DNA of 40,349 nucleotides from Octopus bimaculoides. Taxonomy: Eukaryota. Shown here one piece after another: positions 11,525-23,345 of this stretch (positions within the stretch are counted from its first letter, which is position 1; each line of letters starts with the position of its first letter). The stretch covers positions 52,202,490 to 52,242,838 of the forward strand of contig NC_068987.1 of assembly GCF_001194135.2 (NCBI RefSeq), written 5' to 3'. The notes under the pieces are model-generated. The model was not told where the DNA came from. It made no database searches and saw nothing but the letters and a program-made list of their open reading frames with translations. Position numbers and translations under genes: made by a program.

Positions 11525-13250
11525 AATCAAACCACACCGAGTTCGAATAACTTTTCCTTCTTTAGAGAAGAATAAAAATATTCAATCAATTGGGGTCCAG
11601 CTTATGGACTGATCTTTACTTACATTTTAAGTTTGGGGAGTGTCTGCAAGAATTTAGCCTCCTCCCCATCCATTTTCTTTTGCGGTGTAGGCCTTGGACT
11701 GACCATAAATTTTCTACCGGCCATCTCTTGACTAACATCTTTTAAGTCATCAAGATACCTTCCTTTTAGTTCATTGAACAATCCCATCTCCATCGTCGCA
11801 AATTGCATATGAGGTGACATGTCTTTATTGTCCTTATAACCCCAAGCTTTGTAATGAACTCTAATCACTCTTGATAGTACCTAATTTATTTCATTAACGG
11901 CCACAATTTTTTCTTGCGACTTGGGATGGGGTTTAGTAATAGGTTTTTAACAAGGGGGCAGTGTGGTATGTTTCCTCGTGTGTATCTGTCATTGGCTTAT
12001 TTATTTTCTTTGTATGGTGAGTCTGCGTCTTGGGCTTTTTTACTCTTTTAGGTTATAACCACCGTAAATTCCATTTCTTCTCTTGTTTTGAGTTGTATCT
12101 TGTGTTTTTTCTTGTGATTTTCCTTGTGTTTTTCTTGCGTTTTCTTTGTGTTTTTTCTTGCATTTTTTCTTGTCTCCTTTCTTGTGTTTTTCTTGTATTT
12201 TCAGTTCTTGTTTCTCTTTTGCTCCCGTCTCTAGCGGTTCTATTTGGGGAGAGGCTTCACTCTTTTTTCTTTTGTCTTGCATTCAGAGCGGACGTGTCAC
12301 TTTTCGCTGCACTTAAAGCAACGCCCCTCTATTGCAACTCTCACACTCAGCCCCAACCCTTCTAGTACTTCTGGAGTGTCTTGAACCGCAATGTCAAGGG
12401 TCTGTCCCTTACAATTTTCGGCCTCTTTTTATTTCATCTGGAAAATAGACATTTTTTCCTTCATATGGCTACTGCTACCCAAATTACGTGGTATCCTGCT
12501 GGTATTTATTCTACAGTAAGTTTTGCCGTTCTTCTACATATATACGGTGGTACTAAAACTATTTCCTCATGTTTTAGTGTTCTTGTTGATAACACTTTCG
12601 CCGTGTTCTCGTTAGCAAACTATGCTTCTATCGTGGCATTCCTTCTACCACGTCCAATGTACACAATTTTATTCCAAATAGGTGCCAGACAACTTGCAAT
12701 TATTTCACTTTTACAAGATACAATATTTTTTTTTTGTTTAGGTTGTACGTTTTATAAACCACCGTTCTCGCAGCTATGTTATGTACAATTTCCTGCGGAA
12801 GGAGTAACTTCATATCATTTCCTTTTTTTTTTTTCTACGAGACTTCCGTACTCAAACAGTGCAACCATCGACACCTCCAGCGCTATCCTATTCCCGCTAT
12901 CCTATTCCTTCAAAAGGAATTGAAAAAAATATTTTTGACAAAAAAAAAAAAAAAATTGCGAAAATTAGTGACAAAAACAATCTTTTTTACCCTGCAAAGG
13001 GTAAAAAATCAAAGTGTTCAAATCACAAAATGTCCATTATCAGTTTTTCCAACAAACATGACACAATTCTCTGCCCCGCAGGGTGAAAATGACAGTTCTA
13101 AGATTAGCATCATTTCAAATTTCAGCAGGTGCAACAAACAGTGCAATAATAAACATTAGATAATAACAGATAGAACTCACAAACAAGCAGCAGCCAAAAG
13201 GAGATATACCTAAGCGAGACAACTCTGAACGAACTTGATAACGCTACAGC
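11525..13250 (-). mobile_element. Non-LTR retrotransposon 5' UTR + ORF1 (L1/Tx1-like, gag-type zinc knuckle), pseudogenised; no ORF2 visible
   Basis: Conceptual translation from ATG at about 12868, through frameshifts and stops: ..IAARTVVYKTY..IIASCLAPIWNKIVYIGRGRRNATIEA*FANENTAKVL..AKLTVE*IP..TLDIAVQDTPEVLEGLGLSVRVAIEGR-CFKCSEK*HVRSEC (CX2CX4HX4C at 12279-12320). This is followed by a Lys/Gln-rich stretch (ORF 12040..12282) and a C-terminal block (ORF 11620..11868). Confidence 0.75.
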
Positions 13251-13279
13251 TTAATATATAATTTAGTCAACAAGTTGAC

Positions 13280-13375
13280 TGATTTGCGTCAGTAGATGGA
13301 ATAAACGCCAGTCTTAATAAGAGAGGTACTGAGGTCAATTTGTTCGACTAAATTGTTCAAGGCGCCGCCGTCGTT
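13280..13375 (+). mobile_element. SINE 3' tail (family 1), highly degenerate
   Basis: GATGGAATAAAC.CCAG.CTTAA..GAGGTCAATTTGTTCGACTAAA..TTCAAGGCG resembles 9650-9730. Confidence 0.5.
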
Positions 13376-13611
13376 TGTCCACAGTGAAATAATTAAAAGA
13401 TGCAATATGAAATTAAGGAATTATTTGTTTTAAGCATGTAGGTGTGATTTGCTTAGGAAATAAACATTGAGATAAACGTCTATTCCAATGTGCTAGCGAC
13501 CTAATTTCTTACTCTATCTTAACTTCTTCTGGTAATTTTGTTTCGGAACGAAATTATCAAACAGAGCACCGGCACAGTTTGAAGAAGTGTTTCGTGAAAA
13601 ACATAAAGAAA

Positions 13612-13647
13612 AAAAGAAAGAGAGAGAGAGAGAGAGCAAAAGAAAGA

Positions 13648-13683
<36 letters not shown>

Positions 13684-13710
13684 AAAAGAAAGAGAGAGAG
13701 ATATATATAT
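13612..13710. repeat. (GA)n-rich microsatellite ending in (TA)n
   Basis: Directly visible. Confidence 0.95.
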
Positions 13711-13711
13711 A

Positions 13712-13767
13712 ATATTATCTGAGATAATATGTAATATTATCTGAGATAATATATCATATTATCTCAG
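13712..13767. repeat. Tandem palindromic repeat ATATTATCTGAGATAATAT x2 plus an inverted partial third copy
   Basis: Units at 13712-13730 and 13734-13752; 13741-13752 and 13756-13767 form a perfect 12-bp inverted repeat. Confidence 0.9.
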
Positions 13768-14418
13768 TTTAAACAACCTTGACAATGTAAATATGTTAAT
13801 AGTTACCATGGGTAGCAAAAAGTACACAAAAAACCATGATATCACACCCGTTTTATACGTAGAGATACCAAGTTGAAGTGATGCATTTTGAGTAGATATG
13901 AATAATAACAATAAATGGAGCAAAACGCATATAAATAAAAGTTCTTTTAATTCCTACACATGTTTTAAAATATATGTGTACTCTACTCCAAAGAAGTAAG
14001 AGCTGCTGGAATTCCACATATATTCATCGTCAGGGAACCAACATATAGAAGCAAGACAAATGTGAAATGATGAGGTAACGTACGAGTTATAATATTACAT
14101 GGCCAAGTAAGTGACCGTTAGAAGTAAGAACGCTTGTTTACATAGAGTAATAAAGGGAGGGGGCTGTAAACGTTATACTAAAGGTTTAAATTAAATTATT
14201 AAAATGGGGGGAGGAGGGCAAAATAGATCACAGTAGAGTAAAAGTCGTAAGCTAATTGCTAAGTCAAAAGTGGTGGAAGGGAGAGAACCAAGAGAGTTCA
14301 TCAAATATAAAAAACATTTTTCTTAAGTAAATTCTTCCAAGTAATGATATACTGGTTGTTGTTCGTACCATTGGTAACTTCAACTAAGTATTTCCGATCT
14401 TCTCCCTGTAAGCGTGCA

Positions 14419-14420
<2 letters not shown>

Positions 14421-14493
<73 letters not shown>
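14421..14493. repeat. (TTA)n microsatellite
   Basis: Directly visible; source of the poly-Y/poly-I ORFs. Confidence 0.97.
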
Positions 14494-14494
<1 letters not shown>

Positions 14495-14626
14495 TCTCCA
14501 CTAAATATCCTGTACCTTGTTTTGCCATTAACTTGCGTTAATATCCGTATAGATAGACAAACAGACAGACATATATATAGATAGATCACTAGATATATCA
14601 CTAAATAGATAGATAGAAAGAGGGAT

Positions 14627-14665
<39 letters not shown>

Positions 14666-14725
14666 NNNNNNNNNNAGAGAGAGAGACAGACAGAGAGAGA
14701 GAGAGACAGACAGAGAGAGAGAGAG
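14627..14725. repeat. (GA)n microsatellite spanning a small gap
   Basis: Directly visible. Confidence 0.95.
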
Positions 14726-16419
14726 TATGGAGAGTGAGGGAGACACGTGAATACAGGAAGAGAGCGAGTTTCATAAATCACTTAAGTGACGAAGGGAAAT
14801 TATACATTACGTTTCAAATTAAAACTTTGTGCGCGTGATGATGGTCCCATTCCTCTGAAATCACCACACAGACTTCGTTCCATCCTAAATTCATTAAACG
14901 CAAATAAAAGCACATAACATGCAGACTCTCTTGCTATTAGTCTTATGTTCCAAAAATTTAATTCAAGATTCAAGACTGAACTGCTTTTGACAATGGAAGT
15001 TACTTATAGTTTATATTCCATGATCTCAAAATTGGAGCTTTTGAGTACTGCAGAAAAGTTTAACTTCATATAAGGATTTACAACGTTTACACTGACGCAA
15101 CGTTTCTCCTGTCTAATGTTAATGTAGTCATTTGGAAAGCATGGAGCAGCTTCAATAATCAATGGTCATATTCAAACCGTCAACCTTGTGATCGAAATAT
15201 GCCATTTTATTGACTCAGCAATTTCTGATTAACGGAAAATAATAAATAGAAATGATGAGAAAGTAAGAATCATCCATGATGAATAGGAAAAATTAGCAAG
15301 GTAAATATGGGCAACGACTTCGACAAATGTTTATTTGTAATCGCTGAAAGGTTATGATCAATATTGTTTTGGGAAACAAATAAACAATAGTTGCTTTGAC
15401 AGTTGCTACTGATGAAGTGGCACTAAATTACAATAAATTATATTAAACGACCTCGAAATTAGCAATATTATCTTCCTTATTTATACACAGATTCTGTTAT
15501 TAGCTTTATTTGCTCTGCTCTGTTAAAGATTATTTCAAAGTTTCCACGAATTTCCCGAAGTTGAAAAAATGCGATACAATTTGTCCCATTTTGTTTTGAA
15601 TGTTTGAACATACTTGCTGCTATATTTAACTGGGAAAATTTTAATATCTTCAACGCAATTCTACTTGATTGTTTGATTATCCTTGTTAGACACAAAGATT
15701 CTTTTTATTTTTAACAAAACTATAACAAGCATAGAATCTGGTGTAAAATTAAATGTTGGATTCACGTCGTTTCAAATAGTGCACTAGGTATATTGATTTC
15801 AATCCTGAATCTTACCAAAAATTCAGGATGCATTCAAGTCGTAGGCATGTATATGCATTAAATTGTATGTACTCTAATCGTTTCTACTTAAAACAAAGTG
15901 AAATCCGATGGTGACACACCCGAATTTCCATTGTCTTTGACAGAAAACGTTGCCAAAACATTATTCTAACTTTATCTAATACGATAAACACCCAAGTTAG
16001 CTATTTGAGACTGTGAATTTAAATGAACGTTTATAATATGTTAAAAGCCTTTATGTAATTACTCATTTGTATTTTCTCTTATGCTTCCCATAAATAATCA
16101 TATATTTGAATTAAAACGGCAGATGTTTTTGACTGTTACGAAACAGGCAGAATGGTTGCATATATATCGATAAGATATTAGCAAAATGTATATGAATGTG
16201 TGCATAGTCATATCTTTAATGTCCACAGTTACTCAGAATGTGAGCATTATAAAACTGGCATTAAAATATAAATGTAATGCCTTACAGAGTGAATATATAA
16301 CAAATAATTAAGTGGAGAATACATTTGTATATTTAAGAGATGAGGAATTATGTACATTTTTTTTTACATTATTTACATTAGTAATATTTTACGGATAGTT
16401 GTCCTCATCTTGTATGTTG

Positions 16420-16468
16420 TTAACACAACGTTTCGGCTGATATACCCTCCAGCCTTCATCAGATGTAT
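16420..16468 (-). ncRNA. Minimal type I hammerhead ribozyme motif (Penelope-type, helix III palindromic)
   Basis: Minus strand ACAU-CUGAUGA-A-GGCUG-gaggguauau-CAGCC-GAAA-C-GUU/GUGU. Intact core, 5-bp helix II, 4-bp helix I, palindrome AACGUU in place of helix III; predicted cut between 16427 and 16426. Confidence 0.75.
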
Positions 16469-16514
16469 TGGGAAAATTTCGAAACTGGGTTCTCATTCCT
16501 AATGTATTTTTCGA

Positions 16515-16516
<2 letters not shown>

Positions 16517-16556
<40 letters not shown>

Positions 16557-16617
16557 CATCATCATCATCATCATCCTCATCATTATTATTATTATTATTA
16601 TTAATATTATTATTATT

Positions 16618-16710
<93 letters not shown>
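16517..16710. repeat. Compound (ATT)n/(ATC)n microsatellite inside the element
   Basis: Directly visible; source of the poly-I/L/N/D/M ORFs. Confidence 0.97.
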
Positions 16711-16714
<4 letters not shown>

Positions 16715-16879
16715 TCACTGAAACGTTGTGATAACCGAATCGTTGTGTTAACAACAAACAAGATGAGGACAAATATCCGTCAAATGTAAATAATGTAAAT
16801 AATGGAAAAATTAAGTAGAGGTAACAAATATACTGGAGATGGGCAATTTGTGTTCAATCTCACCACAGTTTAATCAGAA

Positions 16880-16938
<59 letters not shown>
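16880..16938. repeat. (CT)n(CA)n microsatellite
   Basis: Directly visible; a similar tract lies at 18043-18110. Confidence 0.95.
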
Positions 16939-16941
<3 letters not shown>

Positions 16942-18040
16942 ACATCTATATAGGCATACGCACACACATTCACATATTTATGCCTGTATATGAAGTGTAA
17001 TCACATGTTTTACTTTATAATGTGCTTACATAATAAAATTGTATTCCTCTAGGAAATGCATATTTATTTCTATTTATTTTACTTGTTCACACTCGCTTAC
17101 ATTGATATCTTAAAATATCACATATATACACTGCAGCAAGTTATTGAAATCAACTTTTCTAAGAATTTTCCACAAAGATATCACAGTAGGAATTAACTCC
17201 TGCACAGTTATGTGATCTACAATGTTACTTTATAAATTGTCACCAATGAAACAACCATTAAATTTCGTGCATAGTTCAAGCTTCTTTTGAAATAATACGT
17301 CTCCCGCACATATCTGAGTATCGGTCAACGGACTAATTCAATCACTAACATAAAATGTACACGATTCTATACTCCAACAATTTAGAGATAGTGAAATGGT
17401 TTAAAGGTGTTCCATGCAAGATGATTTTACTTAAATCTATGTATTAGGATGTAGTTTAGGAGATGTTTACTGGCTCTGGATGAAGTTGAAGCAGTTTCAC
17501 TTCTCATAGAGAACATGTAACTTTCCAGCGAATTTTGATGTTCTATACCTATGCTATGCTAAATTTTCTTTATTATTGAAGATGAAATAGAAATCGGTGT
17601 TTAGAGAAATTCGTCAGTAATATGATAGAATCAAAATTTATTGAGAGATATTTATGCCTGCTTTTCATCCAAACGCCAACAATTTCTTTGAGTTGTGACC
17701 TCTCACCAGATATTTTTATGTAAAATATGCAGAGCGAATTATATAGTAATACTCTATGTACACTTTAATATAATACTTCTATTCGTAGATTTCTAAGTTT
17801 CTATTTCTGTTCCTTCTACCTTCCATAGTAACTATTCTATAAATATTAAGTTCCATACAACTGAGTTCCAGTTTCGAATATTTATTTAGCGTGTGTTGAA
17901 CTGAACTCTTGTGAGACAATACATAAGAAAGAAAATAAAAGAAAACGACATAAGTACCAATGTTTAGGTCTCAAACCAATTGCATGTACACCCGTGTGTC
18001 TCTTTAGCATGTGTAAATGTATATGACGCAGTTAGAATTC

Positions 18041-18106
<66 letters not shown>

Positions 18107-18494
18107 AAACATATATCTCTTTTTGTGTGTGTTTTACATATATAGATTTATGTCTCGTATGTAATGTTATCATATACAAATCGTAATATCAACTCCAGTG
18201 TATCACGATTGTAATGCAAACACATGCAGAAAGAAATCACATACAACATTTCCATCTCTAGTTTTGAAAAAATATTATGGTGCCATTTTATATGAAAGTA
18301 TTTTGTGATTTAGATCACCTAGAGAAACCACAATGTCCCTGAAAGAAATATTACTGCATATTGTGTTACATTAGCTAACAGTCTTATTTTTTTACCATTT
18401 AGCTTCTTTAACATCTATTGTATCCAAAGGGAAATATTACTTTCGGGGTATACAGTAGCATTCATTTCCTTCTCCAAGTAAGGGAACTATAATT

Positions 18495-18526
<32 letters not shown>

Positions 18527-18760
18527 AGACAGATTCTAAATTCCCAGAAGAATATTTTATTCCTGTTAACAGCAGCTAGTAAAGAGTGTATGATACCAGG
18601 GTAATATTTCTCTGCAAATAAAACATTGCTTGCTGCTTTAAGAGAGAGAATGAGTACAAGATATTATTCACAATAGATAATGGTTTCTCGGCTATATTTC
18701 GTGTACTCATTTTTATATCATGTCGCAGAATTAGCCATATTGTCACCACCAGAAGAGCAT

Positions 18761-18769
18761 ATCTATCTG

Positions 18770-18802
<33 letters not shown>

Positions 18803-18803
18803 A

Positions 18804-18870
<67 letters not shown>

Positions 18871-18886
18871 ATATATATATATATAT
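18761..18886. repeat. (TCTA)n then (TA)n microsatellite
   Basis: Directly visible. Confidence 0.95.
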
Positions 18887-19463
18887 NNNNNNNNNNNNNN
18901 NNNNNNNNNNNNNNNNNNNNNNNNNNNNNNNNNNNNNNNNNNNNNNNNNNNNNNNNNNNNNNNNNNNNNNNNNNNNNNNNNNNNNNNNNNNNNNNNNNNN
19001 NNNNNNNNNNNNNNNNNNNNNNNNNNNNNNNNNNNNNNNNNNNNNNNNNNNNNNNNNNNNNNNNNNNNNNNNNNNNNNNNNNNNNNNNNNNNNNNNNNNN
19101 NNNNNNNNNNNNNNNNNNNNNNNNNNNNNNNNNNNNNNNNNNNNNNNNNNNNNNNNNNNNNNNNNNNNNNNNNNNNNNNNNNNNNNNNNNNNNNNNNNNN
19201 NNNNNNNNNNNNNNNNNNNNNNNNNNNNNNNNNNNNNNNNNNNNNNNNNNNNNNNNNNNNNNNNNNNNNNNNNNNNNNNNNNNNNNNNNNNNNNNNNNNN
19301 NNNNNNNNNNNNNNNNNNNNNNNNNNNNNNNNNNNNNNNNNNNNNNNNNNNNNNNNNNNNNNNNNNNNNNNNNNNNNNNNNNNNNNNNNNNNNNNNNNNN
19401 NNNNNNNNNNNNNNNNNNNNNNNNNNNNNNNNNNNNNNNNNNNNNNNNNNNNNNNNNNNNNNN

Positions 19464-19510
<47 letters not shown>

Positions 19511-19564
19511 AAGTATATATGATTGTACTTGAAAAGTGTTTTAAAGGTCCTTTGAGGGATATAG

Positions 19565-19795
19565 GTCCATAAGGCGGTTTTCTCGGATTTTGTAGCGTAT
19601 GTGTTCTTCCTCACCACTGCACGGAGCTGTGAACCGTCGCAGCATTTCACATTTCTCCCAGTCAAGTGTATTGGAGCATTATGCAATGAAGAGATTTGCT
19701 CAAGGTCACAATGTATAGCATGGAGTAGGAACTGTTACTACAATCTGAAGATGGCGAGTACCACACCATTAACAAATAAGCGACCTGCGTTCACT
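19565..19795 (-). mobile_element. Degenerate tRNA-derived SINE (family 3; central part resembles the Meta domain)
   Basis: Plus strand reads CCAGTCAAGTGTATTGGAGCA..ATGAAGAGATTTGCTCAAGGTCACAA followed by an inverted, decayed tRNA-like head. Recognised from memory of such SINEs, not aligned. Confidence 0.5.
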
Positions 19796-20229
19796 CCTAC
19801 GTGTACGAATATATACCCATTCACATATATGTAATTACGTGAGTGTGTGTACTGTTTGTCAATCTGTATTACAAATGTTGCAATAACATCAACGTTGACA
19901 TCAACAGTAAGACAAACTATCTTGCGCATGCGCTTTCCTCGTGTTTCTAGAGGCTGTTGCAACACTATATTATTACACCATCTTTAACTGGAAGGTAACA
20001 GCATTATTCAAAGTAATATTGATATGACAGAAAGTTAGAAAAATTATTAATACTAATTGTACGAATAGAGAAAGTGTAATGACATACAAAACCATAGAAC
20101 TCTGCATCATTTGCCAGCTCGTCTACAAATATTTAACGAATATCAGAAACATAGCATCTCAAAAACAAGAAAAATATTTTAACTATTGCTGATCGACGAA
20201 TAAATATTTCAAAAATATGCAGTATTTAA

Positions 20230-22120
20230 GCACTTGGTGACATTTGTTTACGGGTCAAGCTTCAAGAACTCTGCAAAGAATTCTTGCAGTTTCAAGCAAT
20301 GCTGATTTTTCTAGGAGTTTTACCTTCACACTTTCACCGATCTTCCTCATCCATGTTAATAGGTTGGTGCTGATAGTTCCAAGTGCACCAATTACTATTG
20401 GTATCACGTCATCTCTCCTCATTGACCACAATCTTCGTATATTCCACTTTAAATCGTCATAGTTGTTTATTTTTTTTCCTTTCACACTGAGCGTTTTGTC
20501 ATTAAGGCATTCTATGTCAATTATCATACATGCTCTTTCGTTTTTATTTACGACAGCAATGCCCACTTTTCGATGTCTAATCAGGCGCTCGCACTGGATC
20601 ATTACATCCCACAGGACTTTGCAATTTTCATTTTCGGGGACTCCTTCTGGAGTTTGCTCATACTACGTCTTTGCTCTTTGTAGGCCGTAATTTCCACAGT
20701 GCTCCCAATCCATCATTCTTGCCACATTGTCATGGCGTCTTTTGTATTAGCGTTGTGCCAATTCCAGGCATTCACTAACGACGAGACATGCCCCCCCCCC
20801 ACGCACACGCCACACATTCTGTATATGTCGCTATTGATAGTGTTGTCTATTCTGCACTTCATATAATTGGTCCTTAACTCTTCTTCCTGAGCTACGCATA
20901 TGAGTGCTTCTGTCTCTACCTTCAGCTCACTCCTCCGTATCCATAGGCACAGGTCCTCTGTATCTGTCTTGGCGTTCACATCTCTTGCAAACTGACCGTA
21001 TATTTTCTTTTCGTTCCTTCCGTGCCTTTCCTTTTGTTTTACTTCATTTCTTGTTTACGTTTTCCTTTAGTTACACAGCTTCCAGTTTTGGTGACGCCGG
21101 CTTCGTTCGTGTGTTTCATCAGTGACTCCACAACATTTTTCATGTACCACCCTAGGCTGTTTTCCTTTGCTTCTATACAGTCCTGGCAACTGATCAAACT
21201 TTCCCTCCTTTTCTTCTGGAAAAGTACAGCTTATCGATGTCACTCTTAGGGTGGAAGATTCCGTGTACTGTCAAAATTTTTGTGGTCTTGCTATCCATTT
21301 TCTTCATATCCCTCTTTTGCCATTTTATAATTCCCGCTCGATACCGAAGTGATGCTATCACTCACGTAGGAACAGCTTGAATTGTATTCCATCCACTCAA
21401 TTTTGAGCGCAATACCAACCTCAGTCTTCGGAAATACTCCAGCCTCAGTTGCTCTTTCATTTCCTTTTCCATTATCTCGTTGAACTCTAGTACACCAAGG
21501 TATTTGTATCCTTCCGTTTCAATTTGCTTAATCAAGTCTCTATTCGGTAATTCTATCCCTGCTTGGGACTGTACCTTGCTTATTCTTAGGAAGATTATTC
21601 CGCACTACTTGAGTCCAAATCCCATTCTAATATCAATACTAAAACTGTAAACCGTAGTCATCAAGGAACCCACTTATGTCTTATCTTTGCCATAAAGTTT
21701 TAAATCATCCATGAACCGGAGGCGGTTGATTGTTTGGGATTTTTTTCCTTTAGTGTATACCCCAGGTTCATTTTCCTAAGTACCAGTGTCAGAGGTATCA
21801 TGGAAAGAACGAAAAGCAAAGGAAGATCCGTCTTCTGATATCCAGGGTGCCCAAGCTTTTTCCGTAAGATGTCAGTTCAGTTTTCCATCCCACCATAGTT
21901 CTCTTCAGGAAACACGTTTCATTTCGTGCAATTTCAAACAGATCTAAGCACTTGATGATCCACGAATGTGGAATCATACCATAAGCTTTGCAATAGTCAA
22001 TCCAGGCCATTCCCAGATTTGATCTCCTTCGTTTAGAATCTTGCATTGCTATCTTGTCTATCAATAGTGTATCTTTGGTATCTCTGCTTTTCCTTCTACA
22101 GCCTTTTTGTTCCGGCGATC
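20230..22120 (-). mobile_element. R4/Dong-clade (RLE-type) non-LTR retrotransposon, segment B: RT core to 3' end, pseudogenised
   Basis: [41 protein letters not shown]; FMDDLKLYGK (about 21709-21720); EGYKYLGVLE..EYFRRL; WIRRSELKVETEALICVAQEEELRTNY; VVSECLELAQR*YKRRHDNVA; RLE region ..CMIIDI..KINNYDDLKW..LW..VIPIVIGALG..LLEKSALLETARILCRVL. Confidence 0.92.
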
Positions 22121-22124
22121 AGTC

Positions 22125-23345
22125 ACAGCCTGCGCAAGTATTCCACCTTTTCTTTCTCTGTCATTTCTTTCTCCTTCAATTAATCCATTTCCGAAATCCC
22201 CAAAGAGTTATAGCCCGTCTCTTGTATCTGCTTCATAACCTCCCTCGACGGTATCCATAGCCATACATTTGATTTTGCCTTTCTTCAAGACTAACACACT
22301 TTCTAAGTCCGAACTCCATTCTGATAGTAGCACTGAAATTATACACCGTACCAACGAGGGAAATGACTTGGGCTTCATCTTTACCATAACGTTTGAGGTC
22401 ATCAATGAATAACAAATGGTTGAATACATACCCAGCACATGAATACATACCCAGCCTTTGCTTTCCTTAGCATCAGTGTTAGTTCTATCAAGCAGAGTAA
22501 AAAATCAAGGCGGTCAGGAAGTCCCCTTAGAAGATGCCCCTTCTAATTTTTGCTGTCGCTAAACTTCTTCCGTATGCTGTCAGGTCCGTACTCCAATTCC
22601 CCATAGATTTTCCAAGCAATCGCTCAACATTCGATGCAATCCCAACCAGGTTCATACACTCCATAATTCAAGAATTTGGGATCATATCGTACGCCTTACG
22701 ATAATCTATCTATGGCATGGCTAAGTTACTTTTCCTCCCCTTGCAGTCTCTAAGTACAGTTTTGTTTGTCAGGAGTTGATCCTTCGTACCTCTGCAATTA
22801 CGCTTTCAACCCTTCTGCTTATGTGGCAGGACTCCAGTTTTTTCCAGATGTTCGTACATTGATTCTGCGATTATTCCAGCTCCAGTCAATAACTTCCACA
22901 TAAGTGGCAAACAGGACATCGGCCTGCAATTGTCTACTGTTTTGCCTTTTTCGATGTTTTTCAAGTATAGCACTATCCTACCCAATGTCAACCAAAATGG
23001 TGCTATTTGGTTACTATTTAACAAGGTGTTGAGTTGCGCAGCTATTTGTGCATGTCATTCCACAAATCTTTTGATCCGATAACCTTGAACTCTATCTAAT
23101 CCCGGGGCCTTGTAGTTGCTCATTTCTTTTACTAATTTCCTTCATTTCCCTAACTGAAATGACTAGTTTTGCCTGTTTTTGACAGACTACTATTTATTTC
23201 AGTTCTTGCACTCTCCATTTATTTATTTCTAGAATCTCTTCTGATCCACTCTGAACAACCTATTCTGGTGGTAAACCATCATTCATTGCCATCTTGCGTT
23301 CTTGCTGTCTTTACAACGACGCGCTGTTTCAATTTCTCCATTACT
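22125..23345 (-). mobile_element. R4/Dong-clade retrotransposon, segment A: region upstream of RT and RT core, ending at EYLRRL
   Basis: EKLKQRVVVK..YHQNRLFRVDQKRF; NYKAPGLDRVQGY; [29 protein letters not shown]; LPHKQKG..GTKDQLL..NLAM..IDYRKAYDMIP; NHLLFIDDLKRYGK; ends at ..EYLRRL, about 22125. Confidence 0.9.

Larger units (their letters stand above)
16328..16803 (-). mobile_element. Penelope-tail SINE-like element, copy 1: hammerhead tail + (AAT)n/(GAT)n, 5'-truncated, with an inverted copy of the tail
   Basis: Shares TATATTTAAGAGATGAGGAATTATGTAC..ACGGATA.TTGTCCTCATCTTG..CAACGTTTCGG with 34700-34980 and, in part, 27141-27270. 16720-16803 is the reverse complement of about 16357-16434. Confidence 0.85.

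Noticed and set aside
12030-13159. Plus-strand ORFs 12030..12365, 12381..12923 and 12776..13159 (hydrophobic, Phe/Leu-rich)
   Set aside because: Antisense shadows of the purine-rich minus-strand retrotransposon ORF1.
16328-16803. MITE or DNA transposon suggested by terminal inverted repeats
   Set aside because: No TSD seen, the other two copies lack the inverted arm, and the arm equals the element's own tail; better explained as a retroposon 5' inversion.
17460-18480. Plus-strand phase 2-2 open segments (RCLLALDEVEAVSLLIEN; FFNIYCIQREILLSGYTVAFISFS)
   Set aside because: Splice signals are only partly convincing and no family similarity was recognised; expected by chance in AT-rich DNA.
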